Shown here piece by piece: positions 18,274 to 27,092 of a stretch of DNA of 64,000 bases. The translations under genes were made by a program, and so were the position numbers. The DNA is taken from positions 137,647-201,646 of the forward strand of contig JAZLBW010000045.1 in assembly GCA_045613905.1 (NCBI GenBank), written 5' to 3'. Position 1 is the first letter of the stretch, and each line of letters begins with the position of its first letter. Under the pieces are notes generated by a model. It was not told where the DNA came from. It saw only the letters and a program-made list of their open reading frames with translations, and searched no databases. Origin of the DNA: Candidatus Caccoplasma sp. (GTDB lineage: Bacteria > Bacteroidota > Bacteroidia > Bacteroidales > G3-4614).

Positions 18274-19926
18274 TTATTTTTTTGGTGAGAGAATTTGTTT
18301 GTAGTGTGTTGTGTCTTTAAGTATCTCAATGGCTTGATTGATACACTTATCCTCTTCGACACCTCTGCTCATTACTCCTTTTTTGTAGTAATAACGCTCA
18401 ACAATATCCATCTCCAACTGAGATTTAATCTCTTTTTTGAACTCCTCTAAATCTTTGTCGAGGTTGTGTTGCAACAGTTTTTCTAATGTGGCTATGGTTT
18501 CGCCTGCCACATCGGTATAACCCTCAAATTCGGCAACCTCTTTCAGTTTCTCCAATAGTTTAAGGCTCTCTCTGTCGTATTTGAAGTCTGTTGCTTTCAA
18601 TCTCTCCTTAAATTCTTCATACTCCTCGTCGGTTAGCGAAAACTCGTTTGCAGGTGCAATTACGGAATGCTTTGCCGCATATTCGGTTGCATAATCAAAT
18701 ATATGGTAATCTATGGTCAAATAGTAGAGTATGTTGCTTTGTTTGGGGTATTTGTACTCAACATCAGGGGTTATGCCTCCTCCGTCGCGAACTATGCGAC
18801 CGGCTGCTGTTTTAAACTCTGTTGTAAGAGAGTCGGGGATGCGAGTGGTTGAGCCATCTTTGCCTCTTTGAGAGTAGTCGATTGCTTGAATTAATCTGCC
18901 ACTTGGAATGTAATATTTTGCGGTTGTTAATTTTAAAGTTCCGTCATATGGCAGAGGTCGTGTGCTTTGAACCAATCCTTTACCGAATGATCTGTTTCCC
19001 ACTATTACGGCTCTGTCAAGGTCTTGGAAGGCTCCTGCTACAATCTCCGATGCCGAAGCACTCTCATCGTCGATGAGAATGGCAAGAGGAATTTCTGTAT
19101 CGACAGGGGCTTGCGATGTTTTATATACCGTCTCAAGCTCTTTGTGTCTGCCTCGAGTCTCCAAAATTGTTTTACCTTTGGGCACAAAGAGGTTTATAAC
19201 CCCTATTGCTTCGTTTAACAAACCTCCCGGATTGCTTCGTAAATCAATGACCAACGACTTTATGTTATGGTTTTTCTTTAAATCGAGCAGTGCGCTCTTT
19301 ACTTCGGATGCTGTGTTGGTGTTGAACGACGATATGTAGATATATCCTACATCGTCTCTTGTAGCTCCGTAATACGATACTGCGGGGATATATATTTTTT
19401 TGCGTGTTACGTTAAGGGTAACAATGCTATCAACCATTGGTCGCATCACTTTTATAACTGCAAGGGTGTTTGCTTTTCCTCGAAGGTGGTCGCTTACATA
19501 GCTGTTGTCCTTGCCTACCATTGATTCTCCATTGATTTCGAGAATGCGGTCTCCTGCTTTCATTCCGTCTATTTGTGCAGGATTTCCCTCATATATGCTT
19601 GTTATTTGAATAAGAGAGTCGCGTTGAGAAATCAATGCCCCCACACCTGCATACTCGCCGGTTGTCATAAATTTAAGGTCTTGCTCTTCTGATTTTGGTA
19701 TATATGTTGTGTAGGGGTCAAGCGAGTAAAGCATGCTGTTAATGCCTTTTGTTATTATCTTTTCGGCATCGATGGAATCGACGTAGAAAAGCGAAAGCTC
19801 TTTAAGTATGGCATTAAATATATTGTTGTTTTTTATAAGCTCGAAATTATGCTTTTGCGCATCTACACTATTTGATGCTGTTAACAGTAGTGCTATTATC
19901 GCTATGGTTTTGAATATTCGTTTCAT
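18274..19926 (-). CDS. S41 family C-terminal processing (tail-specific) peptidase
   Basis: Signal peptide, PDZ segment (AGDRILEINGE), catalytic region SASASEI...GKGLVQ. Confidence 0.85.
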   Translation of the reverse strand: MKRIFKTIAIIALLLTASNSVDAQKHNFELIKNNNIFNAILKELSLFYVDSIDAEKIITKGINSMLYSLDPYTTYIPKSEEQDLKFMTTGEYAGVGALISQRDSLIQITSIYEGNPAQIDGMKAGDRILEINGESMVGKDNSYVSDHLRGKANTLAVIKVMRPMVDSIVTLNVTRKKIYIPAVSYYGATRDDVGYIYISSFNTNTASEVKSALLDLKKNHNIKSLVIDLRSNPGGLLNEAIGVINLFVPKGKTILETRGRHKELETVYKTSQAPVDTEIPLAILIDDESASASEIVAGAFQDLDRAVIVGNRSFGKGLVQSTRPLPYDGTLKLTTAKYYIPSGRLIQAIDYSQRGKDGSTTRIPDSLTTEFKTAAGRIVRDGGGITPDVEYKYPKQSNILYYLTIDYHIFDYATEYAAKHSVIAPANEFSLTDEEYEEFKERLKATDFKYDRESLKLLEKLKEVAEFEGYTDVAGETIATLEKLLQHNLDKDLEEFKKEIKSQLEMDIVERYYYKKGVMSRGVEEDKCINQAIEILKDTTHYKQILSPKK

Positions 19927-20083
19927 ATTTCTCTCTGTTTATATATGCGAAGGTAGTTATCTTTTGGCTTATCTGCAACATAAAAATGGTTAAGAATGTT
20001 ACGAAATAGCCTTTTTTTACCCCTATTTATCTCTTTTCTTTAAAAAAAATGGCAGATAAGTTGCATAATTGGAAAAATGGACT

Positions 20084-20091
20084 TACTTTTG
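20084..20091 (+). promoter_or_regulatory. -7 box TACTTTTG for the tRNA-Asn pair
   Basis: Exact TAnnTTTG match 32 nt upstream of the first tRNA. Confidence 0.5.
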
Positions 20092-20122
20092 CACTGCATT
20101 TCGAGAGAGGAGTGCAAAATCT

Positions 20123-20196
20123 TCTTCAGTAGCTCAGTCGGTTAGAGCATCTGACTGTTAATCAGAGGGTCGTTGGTTCAAGTCCAACCTGAAGAG
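20123..20196 (+). tRNA. tRNA-Asn (GTT)
   Basis: Hand-folded cloverleaf: acceptor TCTTCAG/CTGAAGA, D arm GCTC..GAGC, anticodon loop CTGTTAA, T arm GTTGG-TTCAAGT-CCAAC. CCA is not encoded. Confidence 0.93.
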
Positions 20197-20225
20197 CCTT
20201 TTCATAACTACCTATAAAATACTAT

Positions 20226-20299
20226 TCTTCAGTAGCTCAGTCGGTTAGAGCATCTGACTGTTAATCAGAGGGTCGTTGGTTCAAGTCCAACCTGAAGAG
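20226..20299 (+). tRNA. tRNA-Asn (GTT), identical tandem copy
   Basis: 74/74 identical to 20123-20196, after a 29-nt spacer. Confidence 0.93.
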
Positions 20300-20303
20300 C
20301 AAG

Positions 20304-20340
20304 AAAGAGACACTTGTGAAAGCGTCTCTTTTTTGTTTTT
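20304..20340 (+). terminator. Rho-independent terminator after the tRNA-Asn pair
   Basis: 8-bp stem AAAGAGAC/GTCTCTTT followed by TTTTGTTTTT. Confidence 0.7.
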
Positions 20341-20452
20341 ATACGGTTTGTGGAAATAGTGTTGGGTAAAAACAAATTAAGCCAATTGGTCGAATAGAAC
20401 CAATTAGCCTAATAAGAGATTTATGAATTTCTTTCTGAGAAGTTTTTGAAAT

Positions 20453-20482
20453 AAAAAAGGTCGCTAATTAGCGACCTTTTCA
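20453..20482 (-). terminator. Terminator after tRNA-Gln
   Basis: Perfect 10-bp stem AAAAGGTCGC/GCGACCTTTT with loop TAATTA. The minus-strand reading is followed by TTTTTTATTT. Confidence 0.7.
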
Positions 20483-20483
20483 G

Positions 20484-20554
20484 TTGTCTTACCAGGACTC
20501 GAACCTAGACAGGCAGAACCAAAAACTGCAGTGCTACCATTACACCATAAGACA
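20484..20554 (-). tRNA. tRNA-Gln (TTG)
   Basis: Hand-folded: acceptor TGTCTTA/TAAGACA, D arm GTGT-AATGGTA-GCAC, anticodon stem GCAGT/TCTGC with loop TTTTGGT, T arm CTAGG-TTCGAGT-CCTGG. 71 nt. Confidence 0.88.
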
Positions 20555-20596
20555 ATCCTTATTCGTTCGCAGGACTTTAACCTTGCGTAACGGGTG

Positions 20597-20604
20597 CAAA
20601 GATA
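20597..20604 (-). promoter_or_regulatory. -7 box TATCTTTG for tRNA-Gln
   Basis: Exact TAnnTTTG match 43 nt upstream of the mature 5' end. Confidence 0.45.
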
Positions 20605-20643
20605 CTACTTTTTTTTAATACTGCAAATCTTTTTTCAAAAAAA

Positions 20644-21942
20644 TTACTTCGCAATGATTAAAAAGTAGTTCTTTTTACCTCTTTGAGCTAAAATATACTT
20701 GCCATTAAGTAATGATTCCTCGCCAATTACGGCATCGAATGCTGTAAGTTTCTCTTTGTTTATCATTACTCCACCGCCTTGAACGGTTTTACGCATTTCG
20801 CCTTTTGAGGGGAATACTGCTGTTTTTTCAGCTAACAAATCAACTGCTTTTACTCCCTCTTTCAAATCCTCTTTGCTTATCTCAAATTGAGGTACGCCTT
20901 CAAATACACTTAATAGTGTATCTTCGTCGATTTTGCGTAGAGCCTCAGATGTTGCTCCTCCAAATAGAATTTGAGATGCCTCAACTGCTGCTTCGTAAGC
21001 CTCGCGAGAGTGTACCATTACTGTTACCTCTTCTGCCAATTTCTTTTGTAGTGGGCGTAGGTGAGGTGCTGCATTTTGTTCTGCTACCAAGCCTTCTATC
21101 TCCTCTTTTGTTAGAGATGTGAAGATTTTGATATATTTTTCAGCGTCAGCATCGCCTACGTTCAACCAGAATTGGTAGAATTTGTAAGGTGATGTGTAGC
21201 GAGGATCCAACCATACGTTACCCGATTCTGTTTTACCGAATTTTCCTCCGTCTGCTTTTGTTATCAATGGACATGTAAGTGCAAATGCTTCGTCGCCATT
21301 CATGCGGCGTATAAGCTCGGTTCCTGTTGTAATGTTACCCCATTGATCAGAACCTCCCATTTGTAGCTTACATCCTTTTGTTTTGTTTAAGTATGTGAAG
21401 TCGTATCCTTGTACCAATTGGTATGAGAACTCGGTAAATGATAGTCCCGATGTTCCCTCTCCTGCCAAACGACGTTTTACAGAGTCTTTAGCCATCATGT
21501 AGTTTACGGTGATGTGTTTTCCTACTATGCGGATAAAGTCAAGGAACGAAAACTCTTTCATCCAATCGTAGTTGTTTACCAACTCTGCACTGTTAGGTGC
21601 ATCTGAATCGAAATCCAAGAATTTTGATAATTGTTTTTTGATTGCCTCTTGGTTGTGGCGTAGTGTTGCCTCGTCCAATAGGTTGCGCTCTTGTGATTTC
21701 ATTGAGGGGTCACCAATCATTCCTGTTGCTCCTCCGATTAGGGCAAGTGGTTTGTGTCCTGCTCTTTGGAAGTGGCGAAGCATCATTACTCCTACAAGGT
21801 GTCCTATGTGCAACGAGTCTGCTGTTGGGTCGATACCTACGTATGCAACAGTCATCTCTTTTTGCAATTGTTCTTCTGTTCCGGGCATAATATCGTGTAT
21901 CATGCCTCTCCAGCGAAGTTCTTCTACAAAGTTAAAGTTCAT
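20644..21942 (-). CDS. tyrS: Tyrosine--tRNA ligase
   Basis: HIGHL and KFGKT class I signatures and a C-terminal S4-like domain. Confidence 0.95.
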   Translation of the reverse strand: MNFNFVEELRWRGMIHDIMPGTEEQLQKEMTVAYVGIDPTADSLHIGHLVGVMMLRHFQRAGHKPLALIGGATGMIGDPSMKSQERNLLDEATLRHNQEAIKKQLSKFLDFDSDAPNSAELVNNYDWMKEFSFLDFIRIVGKHITVNYMMAKDSVKRRLAGEGTSGLSFTEFSYQLVQGYDFTYLNKTKGCKLQMGGSDQWGNITTGTELIRRMNGDEAFALTCPLITKADGGKFGKTESGNVWLDPRYTSPYKFYQFWLNVGDADAEKYIKIFTSLTKEEIEGLVAEQNAAPHLRPLQKKLAEEVTVMVHSREAYEAAVEASQILFGGATSEALRKIDEDTLLSVFEGVPQFEISKEDLKEGVKAVDLLAEKTAVFPSKGEMRKTVQGGGVMINKEKLTAFDAVIGEESLLNGKYILAQRGKKNYFLIIAK

Positions 21943-22022
21943 ATTTATATAGTTTTATTATTAATCTTGTTTTTAGAGATTGCGAAGTTACATATTTTTC
22001 TCTAAATTATTGTTGTTCTGAG

Positions 22023-22655
22023 TTATTGAAATATCTTTTTATATGTTTTTTCTACCTCTTTTTGCAACTCCGAGAGCGATATGTTGCGAGTGTCGGCTAT
22101 ATTTTGGTATATCTCCTCTATTGGTGTTAGGCTTTCGTCGTTTTCAATCAATAGGTTTTCTATTGCCATGCTCTTTATAGCTTCGGGGTTGAATTTATCT
22201 CCTATTGATAGAACGATTCCTGCTTTTGTTAGCATTGAGGCTACCTCGGGTTTTCCTCTGAATCCATGTATTATCCACGTTTGCGTGGGGTTTGTCTCTT
22301 TTTTGAGTTCCACAATTTCGTTATAGCTCTTTACGCAATGTATTATAAGTGGTTTTTTGCTCTCTTCGGATACTCTTATTTGAGCTTTAAACAGCTCTTT
22401 TTGCAGTTCAAAGGGTGTTTGGCATAGTTTGTCCAATCCACATTCGCCTATTGCCACCATATTGCTTTTAAGGGTTAATGCTTTAAGCACTTCAATGGCT
22501 TGGTTTGGATTTTCGGGGATGTACCATGGATGTATTCCCGCAGAGAATTTCGCCGTTTGAGGTGGTGTGGCAGAACTTTGCAACTGCAGATTGTATATGC
22601 TCAAATGGTTCTCTTTTGGACGTTCAAGTGTATGGCTATGTATATTGATATACAT
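22023..22655 (-). CDS. TatD-family metal-dependent hydrolase
   Basis: N-terminal IHSH metal motif, IGECGLD, IIHCV. About 210 aa. Confidence 0.75.
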   Translation of the reverse strand: MYINIHSHTLERPKENHLSIYNLQLQSSATPPQTAKFSAGIHPWYIPENPNQAIEVLKALTLKSNMVAIGECGLDKLCQTPFELQKELFKAQIRVSEESKKPLIIHCVKSYNEIVELKKETNPTQTWIIHGFRGKPEVASMLTKAGIVLSIGDKFNPEAIKSMAIENLLIENDESLTPIEEIYQNIADTRNISLSELQKEVEKTYKKIFQ

Positions 22656-22667
22656 GGTTCTTTTTTA

Positions 22668-22886
22668 TTATGGAACGGGGTCGTATCCGCTACCTCCCCA
22701 TGGATGACAGCGTAATATTCTTTTTAGAGCTAACCAAAAACCTTTAAACGGGCCATGCTTTTTAATTGCCTCTATTGCATATTGCGAACATGTCGGGGTG
22801 TATCGGCACGATGGTGGAAACAGAGGTGATATACATGCTCTGTAAAAGTATATGGGTAGTAGCAGTATGTAGCTTAAGATTCGCAA
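22668..22886 (-). CDS. yidD: Membrane protein insertion efficiency factor YidD
   Basis: [30 protein letters not shown] start with no in-frame ATG. Overlaps the rnpA 3' end by 13 nt. Confidence 0.85.
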   Translation of the reverse strand: MRILSYILLLPIYFYRACISPLFPPSCRYTPTCSQYAIEAIKKHGPFKGFWLALKRILRCHPWGGSGYDPVP

Positions 22887-23287
22887 GGTGGTGTTGTTTG
22901 TTGTTTATCTTCAGAGATTTTGGAGGCTATTTTATTCAGTGCATCGCACATCTTTTTTTGAAGATATGCAAACTCCTCTTTTTTATCTCCTATGTATAGA
23001 ATGGCAATATCCAATCTTTTGTTCTCGGTAGCTTCGCTTAATATTGCTTTGTTTAGTCGGTATGCCTCGCGTGTTCTGCGACGTAGCAGATTGCGGTCCA
23101 CTGCGTGTTTGAATTTGCGTTTGGGTATTGATACCATTATTGCGCTCTTGTTGGCGTTGTTGGGGGTATAAAGAACCCTGTAGGGATACGAAAGTACCCC
23201 TTTGGCATTGGCAAAAAGGTTGTCGATTCTGATTTTACCTTTCAACCTCTCCTCTTGTGGTAATGAATATTTTTTTTCTGGTTTCAT
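22874..23287 (-). CDS. rnpA: Ribonuclease P protein component
   Basis: Basic protein with the RNR-like motif [16 protein letters not shown]. Start moved to the ATG at 23287 because the track's TTG at 23299 is part of the -7 box. Confidence 0.85.
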   Translation of the reverse strand: MKPEKKYSLPQEERLKGKIRIDNLFANAKGVLSYPYRVLYTPNNANKSAIMVSIPKRKFKHAVDRNLLRRRTREAYRLNKAILSEATENKRLDIAILYIGDKKEEFAYLQKKMCDALNKIASKISEDKQQTTPPCES

Positions 23288-23295
23288 TATTCTTT

Positions 23296-23359
23296 GCAAA
23301 GATACGAATAAGCGAGCAAAATAATATCAAGCTTGCTTGAATATTTTACAGCGAGCGCA
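23296..23359 (-). repeat. 64-nt promoter-bearing repeat, copy A (includes -7 box TATCTTTG at 23297-23304)
   Basis: Ungapped 56/64 identity to 26974-27037. Contains the near-palindrome AATATTCAAGCAAGCTTGATATT when read on the minus strand. Confidence 0.7.
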
Positions 23360-23449
23360 TTTTAAGGCAATTGCTTGCAATTAAAATTGACTAGATGTCA
23401 ATTTGTGCATTAAAATGGGGAGCACAGTGCTCTGTGCGACGGAGTAGAG

Positions 23450-23475
23450 TATCTTCGGCGTTTACGCCAAAGATA
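23450..23475. repeat. Hairpin family member H1 (TATCTTCGGCG-TTTA-CGCCAAAGATA)
   Basis: 11-bp arms with one conserved C/A mismatch. Differs from H2 by two compensatory base-pair changes. Confidence 0.65.
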
Positions 23476-23484
23476 TGGAATAAT

Positions 23485-23511
23485 AAAAGCTTGCCAAATT
23501 AGCAAGCTTTT
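23485..23511 (-). terminator. Terminator after the hemD-like gene
   Basis: Perfect 10-bp stem AAAAGCTTGC/GCAAGCTTTT. The minus-strand reading continues TTTTATTATT. Confidence 0.6.
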
Positions 23512-23547
23512 ATAACTATTGAACCTTTATTTATTTCTAAAAAGGAA

Positions 23548-24309
23548 TTATTTCTTTTTGGCAGCTTTTGCCTCTCCTTTCAAGAACTCCTCAATTGCGG
23601 CTGTAATTGAAGGGCATTGTGGAGTTGGAGCTGAAACGTCTAATCGCAATCCTGCGTCGGTTACTGCTTTTGCAGTTGTTCCTCCAAGAGTTGCTATTTT
23701 TATGTCGCCTTGCTCAAAGTTAGGGAAGTTTTTCATTAGTGAATTAATTCCTGCAGGGCTGAAGAATACTAACATATCGTAGTTGAACTCCTCTCCGGGT
23801 AAGAAGTCGTTACTTACAGTACGGTACATAATTGCTTTTTGGTAATTGATACCAATTTTTTCCAATAGAGGAAATTCTCCATTGCTTACATCTGATATTG
23901 GCAGCAAGAATTTTTCGTTTTTGTTGCGAGTCAAATGCGATTGTAATCCGTCAAGTTTTCCTGTTTCGCTGAAGTTAACTTTACGTTTACGATACTGTAT
24001 GTACTTTTGCAAGTAGTTTGCGATTTGCTCCGATGTACAGAAATATTTCATTGTATCGGGAATTGTTATTCGCAACTCCGAACATAGTCTGAAGAAGTGG
24101 TCTACTGCAGTGCGTGCAGTAAATATGATTGCAGTATATTCATCGATATATACTTTTTGTTGACGGAACTCTTTTGCGCATACTCCCTCTACTTTGATGA
24201 AGGGGCGAAAAACGATGTCAACGCCGTACTTTTCAGCTATTGTGAAATATGGTGATTTTTCGTTATCGGGGCGTGGTTGTGATACGAGAATTCTCTTAAT
24301 TTTTGACAC
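23548..24309 (-). CDS. Uroporphyrinogen-III synthase-like (HemD family) protein
   Basis: ILVSQPRP N-terminus and the two-lobed HemD pattern common in Bacteroidetes. GTG start. Confidence 0.7.
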   Translation of the reverse strand: MSKIKRILVSQPRPDNEKSPYFTIAEKYGVDIVFRPFIKVEGVCAKEFRQQKVYIDEYTAIIFTARTAVDHFFRLCSELRITIPDTMKYFCTSEQIANYLQKYIQYRKRKVNFSETGKLDGLQSHLTRNKNEKFLLPISDVSNGEFPLLEKIGINYQKAIMYRTVSNDFLPGEEFNYDMLVFFSPAGINSLMKNFPNFEQGDIKIATLGGTTAKAVTDAGLRLDVSAPTPQCPSITAAIEEFLKGEAKAAKKK

Positions 24310-24378
24310 GGTACAGCTTTTTTTATAGTATTTGTATAAGGTTTTTTATCTTTTGCCGATTTTGTATCTTATTAAACA

Positions 24379-25155
24379 TCAATAGTTTAATGCCCATTTA
24401 TAGATAATGGCTATAGGCGCGATTTCAGCGGTGCAAAGATACAAAATATTATAACAAGTTGTACCCATGGTGTGTTTAAATTTCTTAAAATTTCTTATAA
24501 CAAATATTAAACGCATCAAAAATGTAATAGATAAGGCTATGTAAATCAACAGATTACTATTGCTTAAAGAGAGTATGTATGAGGCTATTGTAGGGGTTAA
24601 AATTATTGCCGGTAGGGTGTAATATGTTATGTTCTCTTTTAAGACCTGTTTTGTTTCGTTTCGGTCAAAAAAGAGTTTCCCTATTGTCCAAAGTACTGCT
24701 TGTTGTGTGATTATGGCTCCTCCTATTGCTGCGCTTAAAACAGATATTTCCTCTAATGAGAGAGAAAATTGAAAGATTGTTTCTGAGGTGAGATATATTA
24801 ATGTTATTGCGTATGTGATTACTGTTATGACACATAGCGACATGGTTATTCCGAGGTCGATGATTGTGTGTCTTACCTCATCTTTACTCTCCTCTTTATT
24901 GCTTGTTATGGTGCGTAATGATACTTTTTTTCGGCTTATTGCCATGAATATCACAAAGATTGAGAATATAAGGAATATGAGCAGAGAGTTGTTGTAGCTG
25001 TTGTTTTGATGGCGTGGTATGCCTTCAAATCCCTCTTCAGCTATGACAGTGGTTATCTCCTCTTCTCCTTTGCAGAGTGTTATATTTGTGCTTTCTGCGT
25101 GGTTTAAGAGGATTGTTGTATCTGTTTGTAGTGTGTCTGCTGCTTGTGTGGTCAT
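24379..25155 (-). CDS. DUF4271-like multi-pass membrane protein
   Basis: Six or more hydrophobic helices. Its position between the hemD-like and LOG genes matches Bacteroidetes synteny. Start moved to the ATG at 25155 because the track's GTG start overlaps the LOG gene. Confidence 0.55.
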   Translation of the reverse strand: MTTQAADTLQTDTTILLNHAESTNITLCKGEEEITTVIAEEGFEGIPRHQNNSYNNSLLIFLIFSIFVIFMAISRKKVSLRTITSNKEESKDEVRHTIIDLGITMSLCVITVITYAITLIYLTSETIFQFSLSLEEISVLSAAIGGAIITQQAVLWTIGKLFFDRNETKQVLKENITYYTLPAIILTPTIASYILSLSNSNLLIYIALSITFLMRLIFVIRNFKKFKHTMGTTCYNILYLCTAEIAPIAIIYKWALNY

Positions 25156-25163
25156 AGGTGAGT

Positions 25164-25751
25164 CTATATTGCTGCTATTTTTCGAGCATCTTTTATCCAC
25201 TCGGCATTCTCATTTAGGGCATCTATTGCCTCTTGAGGTGTTGTTACCACTTGCCATATTGCTCTATGCTCTTCTCGCATAAACCTCTCCTCTACTGCTC
25301 GCTCAAGCATCTCGATAAGCGGAGTGTAGTAGTTGTTTATGTTCAGGATTATTACTGCTCCGGAAAACAATCCCAACTGCTTCCAGGTTATAATCTCCAT
25401 TAACTCTTCAAGAGTTCCGCAGCCTCCGGGCATTGCTATTGTGGCATCAGATAGTTGAGCCATGGTCTCTTTGCGAGAGTGGATGGTAGGGGTAATTTTT
25501 AATTGTGTCAAATCTTCGTTCCCCCACCCCTCTGCTATCATAAATTCAGGGATTACTCCTATTATCTCTCCCCTATTGTCCATTACTCCTCTTGCCAGCG
25601 AGCCCATAAGACCGGTTTTCCCGGCTCCAAATACGCAACGTATGTCATTCTCGGCAAGGAGTTTACCAAGAGTGTAGGCGGCATCAATATAGACCTTGTC
25701 GGCTTTGGAACTTGATGCACAATATACGCATGCTGTTTTTTGTGGAGCCAT
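25164..25751 (-). CDS. LOG family protein (TIGR00730-type nucleotide phosphoribohydrolase)
   Basis: PGGCGTLEEL (PGGxGTxxE) and GAGKTGLMG motifs. Confidence 0.85.
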   Translation of the reverse strand: MAPQKTACVYCASSSKADKVYIDAAYTLGKLLAENDIRCVFGAGKTGLMGSLARGVMDNRGEIIGVIPEFMIAEGWGNEDLTQLKITPTIHSRKETMAQLSDATIAMPGGCGTLEELMEIITWKQLGLFSGAVIILNINNYYTPLIEMLERAVEERFMREEHRAIWQVVTTPQEAIDALNENAEWIKDARKIAAI

Positions 25752-25770
25752 CTTGACCTTGTGCTGTATG

Positions 25771-26874
25771 CTATACGTTAAAGCGGAAGTGCATTATATC
25801 TCCGTCTTGTACAGTGTAATCTTTTCCTTCGATGCTGATTTTTCCTGCCTCGCGACATGCTGCCTCAGAACCATATTTTATATAGTCTTCGTATTTGATT
25901 ACCTCGGCGCGGATAAAACCTTTTTCAAAGTCGGTGTGGATTACTCCTGCACATTGAGGAGCTTTGCTGCCTTTAATGTATGTCCAAGCTCTTACCTCTT
26001 GAGCTCCTGCTGTGATATATGTCTCAAGGTCAAGCAAGCGGTATGCAGATTGTATCAAACGAGCCATACCTGACTCTTTAAGTCCTATCTCTTCAAGGAA
26101 CATTTGACGCTCCTCGTATGTCTCAAATTCTGCAATTTCAGACTCTATTTTTGCTGATACTATCAACAACTCGGCATTCTCGTCTTTGATAGCCTCTCTT
26201 ACGGCATCAACATATTTGTTTCCGTTTGCGGCAGAAGCCTCATCTACGTTACAAACATATAGTACGGGTTTTGATGTCAGAAGGAACAACTCGCGTGCTG
26301 CCTTTTGCTCGTCTTTTGTCTCAAAAGTTACGCTGCGTGCAGGTTTGCCTTGCTCCAAGGCCGCTTTGTATGCCAATAGTACATCGCATATTAGTTTTGC
26401 GTTTTTGTCTCCTCCTGTTTGTGCCTGTTTTTGTACTTTTTGAAGTCTTGACTCTACAGTCTCCAAGTCGCGAATTTGTAGCTCGTAATCGATAATCTCT
26501 TTGTCGCGAACAGGGTTGATTGAGCCGTCAACATGAGTGATGTTCTCGTCGTCGAAGCAACGCAATACGTGTAGTATGGCATCTGTCTCGCGGATGTTTG
26601 CAAGGAATTTGTTACCTAATCCCTCTCCTTTGCTTGCGCCTTTTACAAGACCTGCAATGTCAACAATCTCAACTGTTGTTGGAACTATACGTTGAGGGTT
26701 AATTATCTCTGCCAATTTGTTTAGTCTCTCGTCAGGAACGGTAATAACTCCTACGTTGGGTTCAATTGTACAGAAAGGGAAGTTTGCAGCTTGTGCTTTT
26801 GCGTTTGATAGACAGTTGAAAAGGGTTGATTTTCCTACGTTGGGTAATCCAACAATTCCGCATTGTAATGCCAT
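25771..26874 (-). CDS. ychF: Redox-regulated ribosome-binding ATPase YchF
   Basis: [21 protein letters not shown], and a C-terminal TGS-like domain ending HFRFNV. Confidence 0.95.
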   Translation of the reverse strand: MALQCGIVGLPNVGKSTLFNCLSNAKAQAANFPFCTIEPNVGVITVPDERLNKLAEIINPQRIVPTTVEIVDIAGLVKGASKGEGLGNKFLANIRETDAILHVLRCFDDENITHVDGSINPVRDKEIIDYELQIRDLETVESRLQKVQKQAQTGGDKNAKLICDVLLAYKAALEQGKPARSVTFETKDEQKAARELFLLTSKPVLYVCNVDEASAANGNKYVDAVREAIKDENAELLIVSAKIESEIAEFETYEERQMFLEEIGLKESGMARLIQSAYRLLDLETYITAGAQEVRAWTYIKGSKAPQCAGVIHTDFEKGFIRAEVIKYEDYIKYGSEAACREAGKISIEGKDYTVQDGDIMHFRFNV

Positions 26875-26950
26875 AGTTGTTTTTTATGTTATGTTGTGTT
26901 TGTTAATACTCTTGGTTATAGATGCTTGTTGCAGATATTATTACATAAAA

Positions 26951-26986
26951 TAAGTATCTCTGCATTTTGCGGTGCAAAGATACTTA
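26951..26986. repeat. Hairpin family member H3 enclosing the ychF -7 box
   Basis: TAAGTATCTCTGCA-TTTTGCGG-TGCAAAGATACTTA, with 14-nt arms and the same C/A mismatch. The -7 box TATCTTTG (26975-26982, minus strand) forms one arm. Confidence 0.6.
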
Positions 26987-27037
26987 TAAATGAGCGAAAT
27001 AATATAAAGCTTGCTTGAATATTTCACAGCGAGTGCA
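26974..27037 (-). repeat. 64-nt promoter-bearing repeat, copy B
   Basis: 56/64 identical to 23296-23359. Lies about 100 nt upstream of the ychF ATG. Confidence 0.7.
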
Positions 27038-27040
27038 AAA

Positions 27041-27066
27041 TATCTTCGAGGTTTACCTCAAAGATA
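27041..27066. repeat. Hairpin family member H2 (TATCTTCGAGG-TTTA-CCTCAAAGATA); possible serS terminator
   Basis: Lies 27 nt downstream of the serS stop. On the minus strand the stem is followed by TTTTG. Confidence 0.6.
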
Positions 27067-27092
27067 CTTAATTTAAATGAAATATTTAAACT

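Noticed and set aside
20123-20554. The tRNA cluster (two tRNA-Asn, one tRNA-Gln) as an integration hotspot for a genomic island.
   Set aside because: There is no integrase and no partial tRNA 3'-end duplicate (att-like repeat). The flanking genes (S41 peptidase, tyrS) are core genes.
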